NCBI GenBank assembly: GCA_028534125.1
Contig: CM052817.1
Coordinates: 1,180,001 to 1,244,000, forward strand
Origin: Lama glama
Taxonomy: Eukaryota
Reading direction: 5' to 3'
Length of the DNA: 64,000 nucleotides
A program made the position numbers and the translations under genes. Below the pieces are notes generated by a model. The model was not told where the DNA came from, ran no database searches, and saw only the letters and a list, made by a program, of their open reading frames with translations. Numbering within the stretch: position 1 is the first letter of the stretch; each line of letters starts with the position of its first letter. Positions 36,447 through 50,000 of this stretch are shown here, piece after piece.

Positions 36447-39033
36447 TTACAAAGACAGAATGGTACAGCACAGTCCCTCCTGGCGAGCAGGCGGGTGGGT
36501 GGCCCATCTCTCTCCAGCGAGGATCTTGTAATGTGCCCACCTGGCCAGCACCAGGCCCCCAGCCGCCCCAGACTCTGGCACAGAACCTGCCCTAGTGCCC
36601 TAAACATGGCCAGGGGGGTCGGAGTCCTGTGTGCCCAGTGGTGGGGAGGGGACTCCAGGTCAGCTCCCAGAGAGAGACTGGCGGGGGGGGGGGGAGCTGC
36701 CTCAACCAGCAGATGGGGACTGTCTGGGGCAGACAGGAGGGTGGGGCCCTCAGAGAAATCGTTAGGTGCATGGCTCTGTCTGCCCAGGAGAGCAGGCCTG
36801 GGCACTGGGCTTCTGAGACCTAATCTGCACTGGCAACCTCCCCAGCCAGCTGGGCCTGCACTGAGGGTGGGGGCCACCTCACAGTGAGGATGCGGGCCCC
36901 AACCTGAGCCTGGGGTTCCAGGATCTCAGCTGCCAAGTGCCACACTGGCCCACATGGGAGGGCACAGAGAGAGAGGGTGCAGGCACCCCAAGTGGCACTA
37001 TTCTGGTCATGTTTGCTTTCCACAGACCCCACAACAATCCTCTGGGTCCCCGTGGCCACCGGCAGGGGCCAGGTGTGTGAGTAGCTCTAGCACCAGACCC
37101 TTGCTGGTGTCTGCTGGTGGTGGGGAGTGTTAGCGGGACCCCAGCACCCCGAGGAGGGCCAGTGAGGCCAACTCCTGGTCCACATGGGAACTGGGGCGTG
37201 AGAAGCCATGGGCTAAGCTGCCAGAAGGCCAACTGAAGGACACAGCTGGTCACCTGGGCAGGACTCTGCTGGCCAGAGGTGGGAGCAGAACCTCCCCCAG
37301 GTGTTAGGGGTGGGGTGGTTAGAGAGCTGATGCTTTAAGAATCCAGGACACAGACTATCCCAGAGGTCTACAGCTGGGTCTCCTACAGCAGGCTCTTACA
37401 CACAGGTGTTCCTGCCCTGCCCAGAGGGTTTTGGGGTCCTTGCCAGAAACACTTGGTGGGCATGCTCAGGCAGATGGGCAAGGCCCCTTCTGGGCAGTAC
37501 AGACCCCATCGGAGCTGGAAGGAGATGCTGACAGAACAGTTTTCCTTGCAACCACCAGCACAACATGTGGTGGTCTCCCAACTCCATGCACTGTCCCCCC
37601 ACAAGCCCGCTCTTCACAGCCATCCCAGGCCCCGGTAGGGCAGGTCCTATGCCAGAGCTGTCCCCAGGGACCTCTTTCTGCCTCATCAGGCCACCCACCC
37701 TGGGGTATCCATCTGCATGACCAAAGAGAAACACAAAATTTCCCCCCACGATCTGGAAATTGGTTACAATGCACCAGAGAGGGGAGCAGACACTGCTGTG
37801 GGTCAGCCCCACAGCCCTGCCACCCGAATATTGCTCTGTGGTCCCCGGGGACAAGGATTTTGAGAACAAAAGGCCAGGAGAAGCCTCCTAATGCCCAGGC
37901 CTGACCACCCGGGGTGAGCGGTTGTCTTCAGCAGCTGCCAACGTTTGGAATCTGGAGCCCTTGCCCCCAGAGGGAGAAGGGAGGGTTCGAGCTGGGTACA
38001 GGGAAGAACTTATTTCTCTGGGTAGCAGGCCACTGACCAGAGGCCAGGCAGCACAGTGGGGGGCGGGGGGGCAAAGAGCAGGCCCCTCCCGCCAGGTGAC
38101 AGAAAGCAGCCCTGCTGTCACACAGCCCCCACCTGACCTGGCTGCCAGGAGGGGCTGCCCACGGCGAGGAGCCCAGGAGGGCACCTGTGGGGCAGGTGGG
38201 GCATCCCGTGAGCCACATGGAGATGCTGGTGGTGGTGGTCGGGGTGGGGCCACACACAGGACACAAGGCACACTTGGACGACGGTGACAGACGGACAAGT
38301 CCCTGAGACGCTGGGTCGCTCCCACCCCTCAGCAAACAAGGACGCAAGGACGGCTAGGAAAATAGAGTAGAAAAATCTTGTACAGGAAGCAGGCGGCACC
38401 ACCGACAGCACTTGGCCGGGAGTCTCTAGAGCTCTTCCTCCTTTTGAAAACATCGCTCTCTTGTTTTTTGGGGAAAAGCTTCTCTCCCGGGAGCCCTGTT
38501 CTGGGCTGCTAGGCAGTGCAACAATGTTTTGTTTTGTTTTTTTGTTTTTAAGGGAGATGAGAGAGCCCTCTGAGGACCCAGTGGTTTCAACTCCTGCCCC
38601 TAGCACTCCTCAGCCCCTGCTGGGAGGAGAAGTCCCCCTCCCTGTACAGACTGGGCAGGTGAGCCAGGGGTTGGAGGGGGATCCAGGCACAGGCCAGGGG
38701 CCAGCATTTGCCCATCTGACCCCTGAAGGCCCCAAGGACATGTGCTCACTGAGCCCCCGGGACCTCTGGGTCCAGTGACCACGTGTCTACGTGTGTGCAT
38801 GTGTGTGCGGGCAGGCGCGTGTGCCTAGGCGCGTGCGTGTGTGTATCTGCGGGATCTAACAACAGAGCAGAAGCCGCCCAGCTTGGAATGGGGTGGCCTG
38901 GCAGCCCCTAGAAGCCCAGCCCCAGCTCCTGACACCTGCGGGTGCAAAGGTCCCTTCCACCCACCTGCCCCAGGCTGCTCACCCGAGTCCCGCCCTTCAC
39001 GGATCCCTCTGTGCACGCCTCAGGAGCCTACGT

Positions 39034-39105
39034 GGACCGACAGATGGATAGACGGACGGACGGAGAGCCACGCCTTCCTTCTTTCCTCAGTCCATTCCTT
39101 TCTCC
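39034..39105 (-). ncRNA. MIR4800-like segment in the MXD4 3'UTR (function unproven)
   Basis: Minus strand GGAGAAAGGAATGGACTGAGGAAAGAAGGAAGGCGTGGCTCTCCGTCCGTCCGTCTATCCATCTGTCGGTCC resembles, from memory, the human MIR4800 precursor located in the MXD4 3'UTR. It has a purine-rich arm and a pyrimidine-rich arm. Confidence 0.4.
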
Positions 39106-39189
39106 TGGGATCCGGGGAGGGGGTCTGAGCTCCCCATGGTGGTTATTAAGCCCCTCACACGGCGCCCGCCGAGGTTTGCAGCAATGATA

Positions 39190-39195
39190 TTTAAT
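39190..39195 (-). terminator. MXD4: Candidate proximal MXD4 poly(A) signal (ATTAAA)
   Basis: ATTAAA on the minus strand about 280 nt after the stop codon, in a short AT-rich patch. Confidence 0.4.
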
Positions 39196-39474
39196 ACTTC
39201 TGGAATGATTAGGAATCTGAGAACAGACCGTGGGCGGCTATGCTGGGCTCTGGGCCGTGGGAGCCGGCCCGCCTCCTGGAGGGTCCCTGCCCAGGCGGGA
39301 GGAGCGGGCGGCGCGGCAGGCCCTGACCAGCAGGTGGGCGGAGGCGGGCAGCCCGGGTGGCAGCTGGAGCTTCCAGAATGGCACAGCAGTGGGCCCGTGG
39401 AAAGGCTTTCAAGGACTGGAGGGCGGACACACTTGGCCGGGCGGGCAGACAGGCCAAGGAGCAGAGGGCAGGGC

Positions 39475-39632
39475 CTACGAGAGGCCAGGGTGGCCAGGCC
39501 GCCTGCAGGGGGGCCCGAAGCCGCCGTCACTGCCGCCGCCACTCTGCAGGCTGCAGTGGTCATCCACGTCACTGCCGCTGCCAACGCTGTCCAGCTCGCC
39601 GGGGCCAAACTCCATGCCCTCTACGTCCACTT
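39475..39632 (-). CDS. MXD4: MXD4 last coding exon (158 nt including stop)
   Basis: ctccccag|AAGTGGAC...; (E)VDVEGMEFGPGELDSVGSGSDVDDHCSLQSGGGSDGGFGPPCRRPGHPGLS*. The six exons sum to 630 nt = 209 aa + stop. Confidence 0.96.
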
Positions 39633-39965
39633 CTGGGGAGAACGGAGGAGGGGGTCAGACATGGCGAGGGCACCAGCCAGGGCTTCGGAAGCACACTGCC
39701 CAGCCCGAGCCCGGCTCCGGCCCTCCTGGGCACAGGCCCCCGGGCCTCTGTGCCTCCCAGTCCTCATCCCGCCACTCTGCCACCTCACGCAGGGCACTCC
39801 GAAGTGCTGGGAACGCGCCGTAACATGGGCACCGGCTGCCCGCTGCTTTCGCCCCACCCCTGCCCCAGGCTGCCGCCCTGGCCAGCCCCACCTGCCCAGT
39901 TTCCCACCAAGGGCTGCACAAAGCCTGCACCCAAAGGACTGTAAGGGCTGTGCCCACGTCCCCAC

Positions 39966-40128
39966 CTTGCTCCGAGTCGTCGGTGGAGACGGCAGAACCT
40001 GTGCTGTCTGTGCGCACGCGCTCCAGGCTCTGCACCGACAGCTGCTCCAGGCGCCGCTTCAGGAAGCGGTGCTCCCGCTGCAGCTGCTCCTTGATGCTCA
40101 GTGCCCGGCGGTCCTGCTCCTCCAGTTT
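39966..40128 (-). CDS. MXD4: MXD4 coding exon 5 (163 nt, leucine zipper)
   Basis: cccccag|AAACTG...GAGCAAG|gtgggg; KLEEQDRRALSIKEQLQREHRFLKRRLEQLSVQSLERVRTDSTGSAVSTDDSEQ. Confidence 0.96.
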
Positions 40129-41188
40129 CTGGGGGCAGGGGAGCTATGACGGGGGTGGGGCACCCTCCCCACACCAGGACCCGCACTAGGGCACAGAGGC
40201 CAGAATAGGTTCCCCATCTCCCACCCAGCATGGGTGGGGGGACCCCCCCACAGCCTAATGCACCCCCTTCTCCCCTCTACCAAGTGGTCATACTAGGTGT
40301 CACCTTCCAGCCCTGTGCTCTGTGTCTGCTGACCAGCTTCACAAGGCCCACAGCCACTAGCCAGCTCGGCCAAGCCAAGTCACATGTGGGCCTGAAGCCC
40401 TGGAACAGTGCCGCCCAGCCCTGGGCTGACATCCCCTCCCGACAGTCCTCCCCACAGTGGCTCTTCCTGCACAATCCGGCTGCCCAGCCTGCGCTGCAGA
40501 GCCGCCCCCTCCCCCTCACCTGCTCCACGCCTTCCCGGGCACTGAGACGATGCCTGCTCTGTGAGGGCCCCCAGGCCCCCGCTGTGCCCCGTGAAAGCTC
40601 CTGCCACCCTGCCTGGGGGAGCCCAAACCTCTGCAGGGTGAGGGGGCCCTGTGGGAGGACTGAGACCCACCCTCGTGGCCCAAGTGTCACAAGACCCCCA
40701 AACCAGCAGGTCTCAGTCTCAAGGCCTCAGGGGCCCAGCCTAGGCAACGTCTCCCTCGGCCCACACCTCACTGCCACCCCTGGAGATCAACTCCTACTCT
40801 GCCCCGAGGAACTCCCCACCTCAGGGCCACCTGCTTCCCACTGGCCTCCCAAAAACCGCATCAAAGGAACGCCCTCCCACCCCTCCCACCCAACTCTTCC
40901 CTCCACCTGCTGCCCCTTCAGCCTGGGGCCCAGCGGGGGCAGTCTGCAACCCACCACCACCTCCCACTCCCATCCCACAAAACCCGCCCTGTGCCTGCCA
41001 CTACCTCGACCCTCAGCAACTCCTGCTGCTGTGCCCTCAACCGCTGGAGACCCCCGGCTCCCACCGCGCATCTGCTGGGCGGCTCCCACCCCACAGGCAG
41101 GCCCTCTGGCCACTCCCCCAGGGTGCACGGGAACTGGCTGAGGTCAGCCGAGGTGTCGGGGTGGAGGCGGGGGCGCAACCCTGCTCAC

Positions 41189-41303
41189 CTTGATGTGCAT
41201 CTTGGCGCGCTTCAGGAGGCTCAGCGTGGTATGGCGGGTGCTGTCAGGGCCCAGGGGCACCAGCTGCTTGAGCTGCTCCAGGTAGAGCCTGAGTTTGGCT
41301 CGT
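41189..41303 (-). CDS. MXD4: MXD4 coding exon 4 (115 nt, helix-loop-helix)
   Basis: tttctttcag|ACGAGCC...ATCAAG|gtgagc; [38 protein letters not shown]. Confidence 0.96.
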
Positions 41304-44300
41304 CTGAAAGAAACAGAGGCAGAACAGTCAGGCAGGATGGCTCAGCCTGTGGGGGCAATGACGTTGCAGTGGAGCAGCCAGAGAGGCCTGGGGGAGGGTG
41401 GGAGGTGACCAGCCAGACTCCTGCACGGACCTGCCGAGGGTCCTTCTGGGGCTCCCCTCCCAGCCTGGCTAGCAGCTCTCCCAGCCCCCGGGAGCAGCCT
41501 GGCACCCACAGCCCTCTGGAAGCCCAGCCCGCGTGACCAGCCAGCCCGCCAAGGCCCCCCAGAGCCTCAGAGTGCTACAGCCAGGCCCTAAGAACCCCAG
41601 CTCACCCCACTGTCCCCACCCTCTGCAGTGAAGTTCAGGAGTGGGGGGGGCAACTTGGCAGGAGGAGAGGCGCAGGTGCTGGTCAGGCTCTCCAGGAGAT
41701 CCAGGGGGCCCCAGACAAGATTTCCATCCCCCACCTTGCCAAGTGCAGGTCATTCTCGTCACCACAGAAGCATGACTCCATCCAAGCCAGGGAGGGCCAC
41801 AGACAAGCCCCTCCACCCGAGTTTGGGATCCCTTGGGAAACTGCTTTGTTCTAGATTTTTGTCCTTGTGTCCTTGCAGATGAGTGCAGTTTCCCCACGAA
41901 ACCGGAACTGGGAGACTCAATGGCGTTTGCTCACAGTAGGGGCCTCAGGCAAGGAGCCGTGACATGCATCTGCCCTCCTTCCCTGGCTCCTTTCATCCGG
42001 GGGGCAGGCTGGTGGGGATCAGAGGGTGCAGCTAAGGCTCACCCCCAAAGCTCACTGATGGTCCGGGGCTCAGCCATACCCATGTGTCCCACTGGGGCCC
42101 CTGCAGGCTGCCCAAGTGGTCTCCAAGCAGAGATGCTCTGCTCAGGCTGCTCTCAGGAGAGGAACCAGGAGGGGAACCCCAAGGACATGGGGCAGGGGGC
42201 TTCTCTCTGAGGCTCTGACAACCCGCTGTCCAATGGCCCTGCATCACCAGTGCCAGCACAGGCTCCCTCCCCCAGCGGGTGCCAACCCTGGTGGTTCGAC
42301 CTTTACATCCACACATTCCAAAGCCCCAGAAAACCCAGAATCCCCTGGCTTCTGGGAGGGAAGAGGGCATGGATGGGCAATTCCTTTGGACAGAGGGGGT
42401 CCCCGAAACACAGGGAAGGAGGGGACAGCTGGTGTGGGGCAGGAGCCCATCTGCAGAGCAGTGATAACAGCCCCACCCCAGAAGAGGAGGGCTGACCATG
42501 CTGCGACCGCGGACAGAAGTCTGCCACCCACGTCCACGGGGCGCCCTCCCACTAACTAAGTACCTCCCCACCTGGCACCTCAGCCCATGGCACCCGAGGC
42601 CTAGTTCTCCAGGTGAACTCCAGTTAGGCCTTAGAAAGAACTTCCAGGACATGAAACAGGCTGTGCTCTGCCACCAGGCCACACAGACCTGGGCCCCGGG
42701 GACCTGCGTTCAGAGCCAGCTCCAGGCTCTGTCTTAAAGCCACAGAATCTTCAGAGAGGAGCCCCAACTCCACACACACACAGGGCTGGGGAAGGGGCAT
42801 GCCAGAATCCGCACAGCCCCCCAGAATCCGAGACCCTCAGCCCCTCACCTCCAAGGTGCAAGAACTGTGGGGCAGGCAGCCCGGAGCTGCACCAGTAAAC
42901 GGCGCTCTGTACTCAAGGAAGGCTCGCTGATCACAGACCCCCTCCCGACGGCCCTCCACCCTGCCACCTGCACTAAGCTCACAAGTGGGGGTGCTGGCCC
43001 ACTGGGTCTGTAGCAAGTGGCAGTTCTCACAATCTACCGTTTGGGTACATATGCGGCATGCGATCTTTGCAGAACACTAGAAAATGCAAATCAAGAGGGA
43101 AAACAAACGAACGAAAAGTACCCCCAAATTCCACCGCCCGGGGACAGCCGCACCATTGTTTTAGTGTGTTCTACATTTTCATGTCATGAACGTAAGTGAA
43201 GACAGTCAGCCCACCTATGTAAAAATGTGAAACCACCTATGTGACAAGTGACCCAAGGAAATTCCAAATAATCAAGCAGCAGACACACACGAGAGACTCA
43301 GCAGGACACAATGAAGAGCAGGAAGCATGCGTCTCCAGGTGACGTGATTGGCAACGTTTATTTCTTTGGCTTTGTCTTTTTTTTTTTTTTTTTGGTATTT
43401 TCTATGCTAAACAACCCCACGTTACTTTTACAGTAAAAAAACACATTTGTACAAGAAAGAAAAAACACAGCTGAAAGACAAATAACAGCAGGAAAATATC
43501 TGCAAACACGTAACAGACAAACAGCTAGTACTTATGACATTTGAGCTCATACATCAAAAACAAGAAGAGGAACATTTTAACGTGTAAACGGGCAAAGGAC
43601 ACAAACAAACAGCTAATCCAACACAAAACTGGCTGCACCTCAGTGATCTAGGAAACTGGGAAGCTCACCAAGGAGACGCTAGTTTGGGCTGAAATGGAAA
43701 GGTGTGCCTAGCCGTCGGGCTGGCCAGCGGGGCAGCTCCAGCTTCCTTGGTGGGAGAGCACTCGGGACAGCAGTTCTGAAGGGCCACCAGGGTGACTCAA
43801 ACCCTCGACCGGCAATTCTGCTTCCAGGGTTTTGGTCCCACACACCTAACCCCCAGCACAGACCCAGCAGGCTGCAGCCCCGTCTGTTTCCCGGGGGGGC
43901 CATCACTAAGAACCCTGCAGTACAGCCGCGTGTCCTGTGTGGGCACCAGGACGAGGGGCGAGGAGAACGCAGACACAGGTGGACAGCACTCACGTGGGGT
44001 CAGGGGAAAGGTCAAGTTAGTAAACAGCAGGTAGCAAGGTCCTGCCCTACCCGTCGGTACCCATGTGGAGGAGGAGGACGCAGCCTTGGCCTCCCAGCTG
44101 CCTAAGACACCGTCTCTGGGGTGGGCACAGGGAGGTCCAGAGCATCAGCATCGTACGTGAACAGACTGCTTCAGAAATAAAAAAGCAGAGGCTTCTCAAG
44201 AGGCAGAGAGGACGCTGGACTACATCCGTGCCACGTTCAATACTGGATGCCATGCCCAGCCAACCCCCAGGAGAGCACCCAGCCAGGACTGCAGGGCTGG

Positions 44301-47054
44301 GAACCTGCTCTGCCAAGGGCTAGCTGAGAAGCCCTGCCCTTCTGAGCCCCAGGGCCCCATCCCTGTGGGGAGTGGGCATCCCCAGCACCTCCCGAGAGCT
44401 GGACAGGGGTGCCAAGGACCTGCAGCTACACTGGGCTCTTGCTAAGCCCTCCTCTGAAGCTGCTACAGTGCCCCAGGCCCTCCGCCAGCACCCCATGGCT
44501 GCGCCCAGCATTCCTGGGAGCTTTGAAAACCCACGCTTCCTGAAGGAACCTGTGTGGATTCAGAAGGCAGAACCTGCCTATGGGAATCACTGCAATCGTG
44601 TTAATAGCAGCTCCTGCCTCCAGCGGCTGCCCACAGCCCAGCCCTTGACACTGGCCCTAGCCAGCTTTTCACCAAAAGCCCTCAGCTCCTGAGAACAGGA
44701 CCCAGTGCTCCCGGGCCAGATCCCACAGCACCGGAGAGGCAGGGTCTGGCAGAGCCACACTCTGAACCTCCCTAGGCCGCGCTTCAATCAGTGGTTCCTC
44801 AGCAGGTGGGATGGGGAGCAAGGCAGCTCCCCTGTATTTCCTAGTTGTTGGGAGGCTCACAAGGCCTCGCATGGCTGCATCAGGCAGACAGGAGTACCTG
44901 CAAGGCAGGCCTTCCTCGGAAGGGTCCACTCAGGACCTCGGTGACCATTCCTGTGCTGGGAAGAGGTGGGCAGGGGCTCAGCTGAGGGCCCCTCCAGCCC
45001 CACACTCAGAAGCTAAAGCTTGGAGCTGGGCTGAGGAGGGGTCATCCTGCCAAGGAACGCGTGGCCTCAGGACCCCAATTCCCCCTGGGTCAGCAGCTGA
45101 GCGCCAGCCCAAGCAGACCCGCTGGAGCTGCTGTCTGCATGGGAGGACAGGGAGGGGAACGGGAGGTCAGGGTGGGCCTAGGGGTGGCCGCCGGCTCAGA
45201 GCGCTGATGAAGGGAAGACCCGCAGGCCCTATGAGGCACGCCTCCAGGGAAGGCAGTGTCCAGGGCCTGCCTCCTGGGGGGCCAGCCAGGTGACCCAGCT
45301 TCCTTCCTTCCTTGGGACAGCACACGGCCCTTCCTGTGGCCAGCAGCCAGGAGCATCCGGCATCAGCATCAGGCAGCCACAGGTACAGCCATGACTGAGG
45401 TCCCCAACAGGGTCCCAAGCTCCAGGACTGTGTGCTTCTCAAGGCTGTCCACACCCAGGAACAGAAGCCCCCATATGGGGCTGGGGGAGAGTGCACACAT
45501 ACCCCAGGCTACCCACCTGCCCCACCTCTGCATCTCAAAAGGGCCCCGTAAGGCCCAGCCTCAGGACAGGCTCTGGGAGAAGGAGGTGGAGGCCAAGGCC
45601 AGGGTCAAGGGGAAGCTGCAGGGGTCAAAGACCAGCCTTTGTCTTCCTCCACAGGCTGCCATGCTCTTGCCACCCACCCTCCCCCGTCATCCCCCGCTGC
45701 ACTGAGGGGCTGTTCTCCCAGGTACCACCCGGGGAAGCCTCCCCCAGAGCACCCCCAGGCCCCCGGTCCTACTCAAGGCTGGCTGTCTCCCCCGACCTGG
45801 GAGCAACCCCAGGGCCTGCCTGGCTCTCTGGGCCCATGCTCTTGCCCCACCTCCATGGTCTCTCAGGAACCCCACAAATGCACAGGAGCAGTCCAGGAAG
45901 TGCAACTCCTCCAGGGAACACGGCGTCCTGTCCCTGCTCAGCGCCCGCCCAGCAGAGGCCCCAATCCCAGGGGAGCGGAAATTGGCGCTGCCGTGGGCGT
46001 AGATGCAGGGGGTGGGGACACAGAGAGTGGGCCAAGCTCCAGGGCAGGCCAGGAGAGCTCATCTTGCATGCAGACCCCAGCTCCACCCCACTCCAGCCTA
46101 AGAAACGAGTGAAGAGCTGGCCCATTCCACAGAGGGGAGCAACAGTCAGGACAAGGCCACTGCCTGGCATTCCGCGGGGAGTCATCCCCCCCTGGCATCA
46201 GGGCTCCTGCCTCTGGGGCTTCTGTACCCGCCCACAGCTCCTGGTGGCCCGCTGGGATCAGCCATGAGGACGCCTGTCCACAGGGGCCGACCTGCCCATG
46301 CCTCACCCCCGCTGCAGAGGGAGGCCTGCAGCCAGAGCAGCCAAGCCAGGGCCAGCCAGGGGAAGGAGGCCGGCAGCGGAAGGCGCAGGGTCCCGGGGCC
46401 GACCGGGGCTGGAGGGGAGCCTCCTGGGGCGACAGTGCTGCCCCTCCTGCCTCTCACTGCAAGCCCCCGACTCCTGACAGGAGGACCGCAGTGGACTTGG
46501 CCCCGTGGCCCATGGGTGGGCACCAAGTGGACTCTCTTGGATCCTGCCCCGCGCCAGAGCTTCCCACCAGCCTCAGGTGGCCTGGGACTGGCTGTCCATC
46601 CCACTGCCTGCAGGCAAGACTCTAGTGGGAACTCCTGGGAAGGCAGGCCCCAGGGTGCAGGGGGCCCCAAACCAAGAGGGCTAAAAACTTCCTGGTGGGA
46701 CGCTGATCCTAAGAGCTAAGGAGCTGCTCCTAAAAGGGCTCAGACACCCCAAAACAGCTGGAGCTTCTCCTCCAGGGAGCCAGCCATGACCGAAGCACAG
46801 CACAAGGGGCCCTGCCCCAAGTTCCTGATCCCCACCTGGCTCTGGGCTCTAGGCCGAGTTCCCAAGAGCAGGGCTTGGACCCCCCACTTCTTCCTTCTGG
46901 CGTGGGAATGCCTGAGAGCAGAGCCTGGCCGCTTCCGTCAAGACTGATCATTCCCAAGACGAGGGCACAGCCCGGCAGTGCGGTGAGCCGCGCACGGGCA
47001 CAGACGCAGGGAGTTGGCTAGAAGCTGGAGGTGAGGGGACAGGAGCTCACTTAC

Positions 47055-47084
47055 CTGTGCTTTTCTAGTTCATTGTGTGAAGAC
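47055..47084 (-). CDS. MXD4: MXD4 coding exon 3 (30 nt, bHLH basic region)
   Basis: ctctctaaacag|GTCTTCACACAATGAACTAGAAAAGCACAG|gtaagt; (R)SSHNELEKH(R). Confidence 0.95.
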
Positions 47085-50000
47085 CTGTTTAGAGAGACAG
47101 AAAGACAGAGTTCACTTCACCACCCTGCCACCAGAGCACAGGAATGATGGCTCTGCCCAGGGGTCTGGGAACCTGCAGACAGTTGAGGAGAGGGGCTGGG
47201 CCCCAGAATGGTCCAGGCCAGGGAGGGCTGGGGCAGGTGAGCAGCTGCTGACCAAAGACTGGGAGACCTCACACCCAGTGACAAAGACAGAACACACAGA
47301 GGTGCCCAGCCAGCAGGACGGTCTGGGTCCCCCTCAGAAGGGGGAGAGTGAGGCCCAAGGAGCCGCAGTAGCCAGTCCAGGGGCTGACCCACCCTGTGCT
47401 CCCAGGGCTGCCTGGGCACTGAGCCATCTGCCTTCTTGGCTCCCTATTCCCCGAGGCTAGTGGTGTCCCGGAAGCCACCTGGGCTGGCACAGAAGATCAA
47501 GGAGAGGTGAGCACAGAGGCCAGGACTTCAGCACACAGGCATCCTGTCCCACCATCACCAGCTAGAACACCAGCCCAACCCTGTCGGGTTCATGCTTACA
47601 ACCCACCATGTCCATGGGGACACCCGGGAACAGCGTGGCCCTGGCACATGAGGGATCCGCCCACAGGGGCCTCTGAGACACGGGTGCTTCCTGGACCAGT
47701 GGGGAGACCGGGCTGACCCTTCTGCTTCCTTTCAGGGCCATGGTCTGGCAGGACTGGCCTCTCTGGGGCAGTGGCCCCATCTGCTACCCAAGCCCTGCCT
47801 GCCTGGCCCCCCAGACAGGAGCACAGAGTCTGAGTACCACAGCGTTCACCCTGCAGGCCAGGGAGTGGACAAGAAGGCAGTGCAGCCAAGCATCCAGTTC
47901 CAGGTCACCCTCCCAGTCCAGGCAGGAATCCCGCAGACCCAGCCAGGGCCCCTAGGCCTCCCCAGGACACCCCACATGTGGGAAAAGGGTCCAGGCCCCA
48001 GACCATGCCCCATGCCCCGTACCTCTCACTCCTTCCTGGAGCCTCTGCTGACCTCTGCCTGCCTCCCTCACTCCCTCCTGCTCCAGGAACTCGGCATTAG
48101 GTGTCTCTGGTCCCTTCCCCTGGGGCCTGCCCACCTTGCCTGCCTCTGCCACCTGCCACGGTTCGTGGTCCCACCATAGCCAAGTGGGGCCCATGGCTTC
48201 CCCTCCTCCCACCATGGCAGCAGGCTCCTAGGCCTACCTGTGCAGCCAGGGAGAGCCTCCAGACCCAAGCTCCAGGGCCTCGAGGGCCTGCTGGTCACAT
48301 GGGCTGGGCAAGGAGCCTCAGAGCCTGTGCCAGGGCTGGCCGGGGCCAGGAGAGGGCACAGCCATCAGGCTCCCTGCCGGCCTGAGCAGCAGCCTGATGC
48401 TTCAGGTCTACAGGTCTGCTCACTTGTGAGGGACGTGCAGGTTAGTGAGAGTTATCCAGTGTAGAGAGAGCCTGCCGACCTGCCCCTCACAGGCTGGACT
48501 GGACCCACTCCTAGAGGAAGGGGCACTGCTCCGGCAGCCGGGGATGCAGAGGGGCCCAGAACCCTCTTGAAGCTCCTCCCTGGTCCAGACACTGGTGGAG
48601 CCTCATAGGAAGATTCCTCACCTGGGTCCCAGGAGCACGGTGGCCTGGGGAGGGAGGCAACCCCTAGCCGGGGCTGTGCTAAGCATGTTCCCAGCATCGC
48701 CGTTTGCCCCAAGTCAGTCCCTGAAGGAGGGCATTCTGCCCACTTTCCTGTAGGACCGGACCCCTGGCAGACCGGCTTGGCCCCCTTCTGCTGAACCACG
48801 GCCCTCGGAAGCCGTTCCTGTAGCCCTGGTAACCATGGGGGCCTCTGTCTCCCCTATGGGCCTCTGTCTCCCCTACATGCTGCCCTTCTGCCCCACCAGC
48901 CACCCTTCATCCCAGTCCCTGCACAGCCCATCCCGTTCCCTCTCCGTAGGGGGTCGCAGAGCCTCACAGTGTGGAGCTGCCCTGCCGAGCCAGGTTCTGG
49001 ATCCTCTGGGCCCTGCTCTGCCCTGGCCCCTCATCCTCTGGATGGGCTAAGGCCCAGTGGGGCCAGGACAGCTGCGTGGGGCCTGAAACACCGGGGGAGC
49101 CAGGCTCCACCCAGAGGAGCAGCTAGGAGGTGCATCCCAGCTCAGGAGACCCTCTCCGTCCCTATAAGATCTCCATCCCAGCAGAATGCAGAAGGCCAGG
49201 ATCCCACCTCTGAATAGGAGTCCCAGAGGTGGGAGGGTGGCCCCAGGCCACTAGTTCAGTCTCTCTACGCCACAGTTTCCTCAGCCCTAAAATGGAGATA
49301 AAAGTAACATCTCCTTCACCAGGTTGGGTGAACATTAACTAGCATGTGCCTGAGAATCTCATTTGGGGTTCTAGTTATTGGCTTTGGGTACCTTATGCTG
49401 TGGGAATAAAAGGTCATAGCGTAGAGTTTTCCATGGGTGGCAGGGTGCGTAGGACAGTGATCACCGACAGCAAGGCCTGGCTGGCTCACTGAGGACGCCT
49501 GTGACAGTGGTGTCCCCCGATGCGAGCATGTCCTTCCCCAAACTGTCCCCAGAAGGGGAACAGGGGCTGGGACTCAGAGGCATGTCCAACCAGAGCAGAT
49601 GGAGACTCAATCAATTCCTTGCCAGGCCCAGGGCGCCAGGACGTCACAGGGGATGGGTCCTTGTGCCAGCCTTTCTGTTTCCCAAGAAATGAGCAGGCCA
49701 CAGGAATGAGCTGCACCCTCTGCCAAGGGGCCCCAAAGCCCCCTGGAAGTGCAGCTCCCAGCCTAGTGACATGGTCCAGGGCCAAAGTGGGCCCCTGGAC
49801 AGTGCCAGGTGTGCTGCGGTCCCACGGCAGCCAGGAGAACAGCATCCCATGGGAGCCCTACTTGAAGGTCCTCACTCCCGACCCAGGCACGTGTACCCCA
49901 GCCTTCAGGCTTCTGCAGCTTGGGTCCAAAGCCCGGGGAAGAAAAGGGGTAACCGGCAGCAGGATGGGCTGCTGCACAGCAGTCTGCGACTTCTTCTGGC

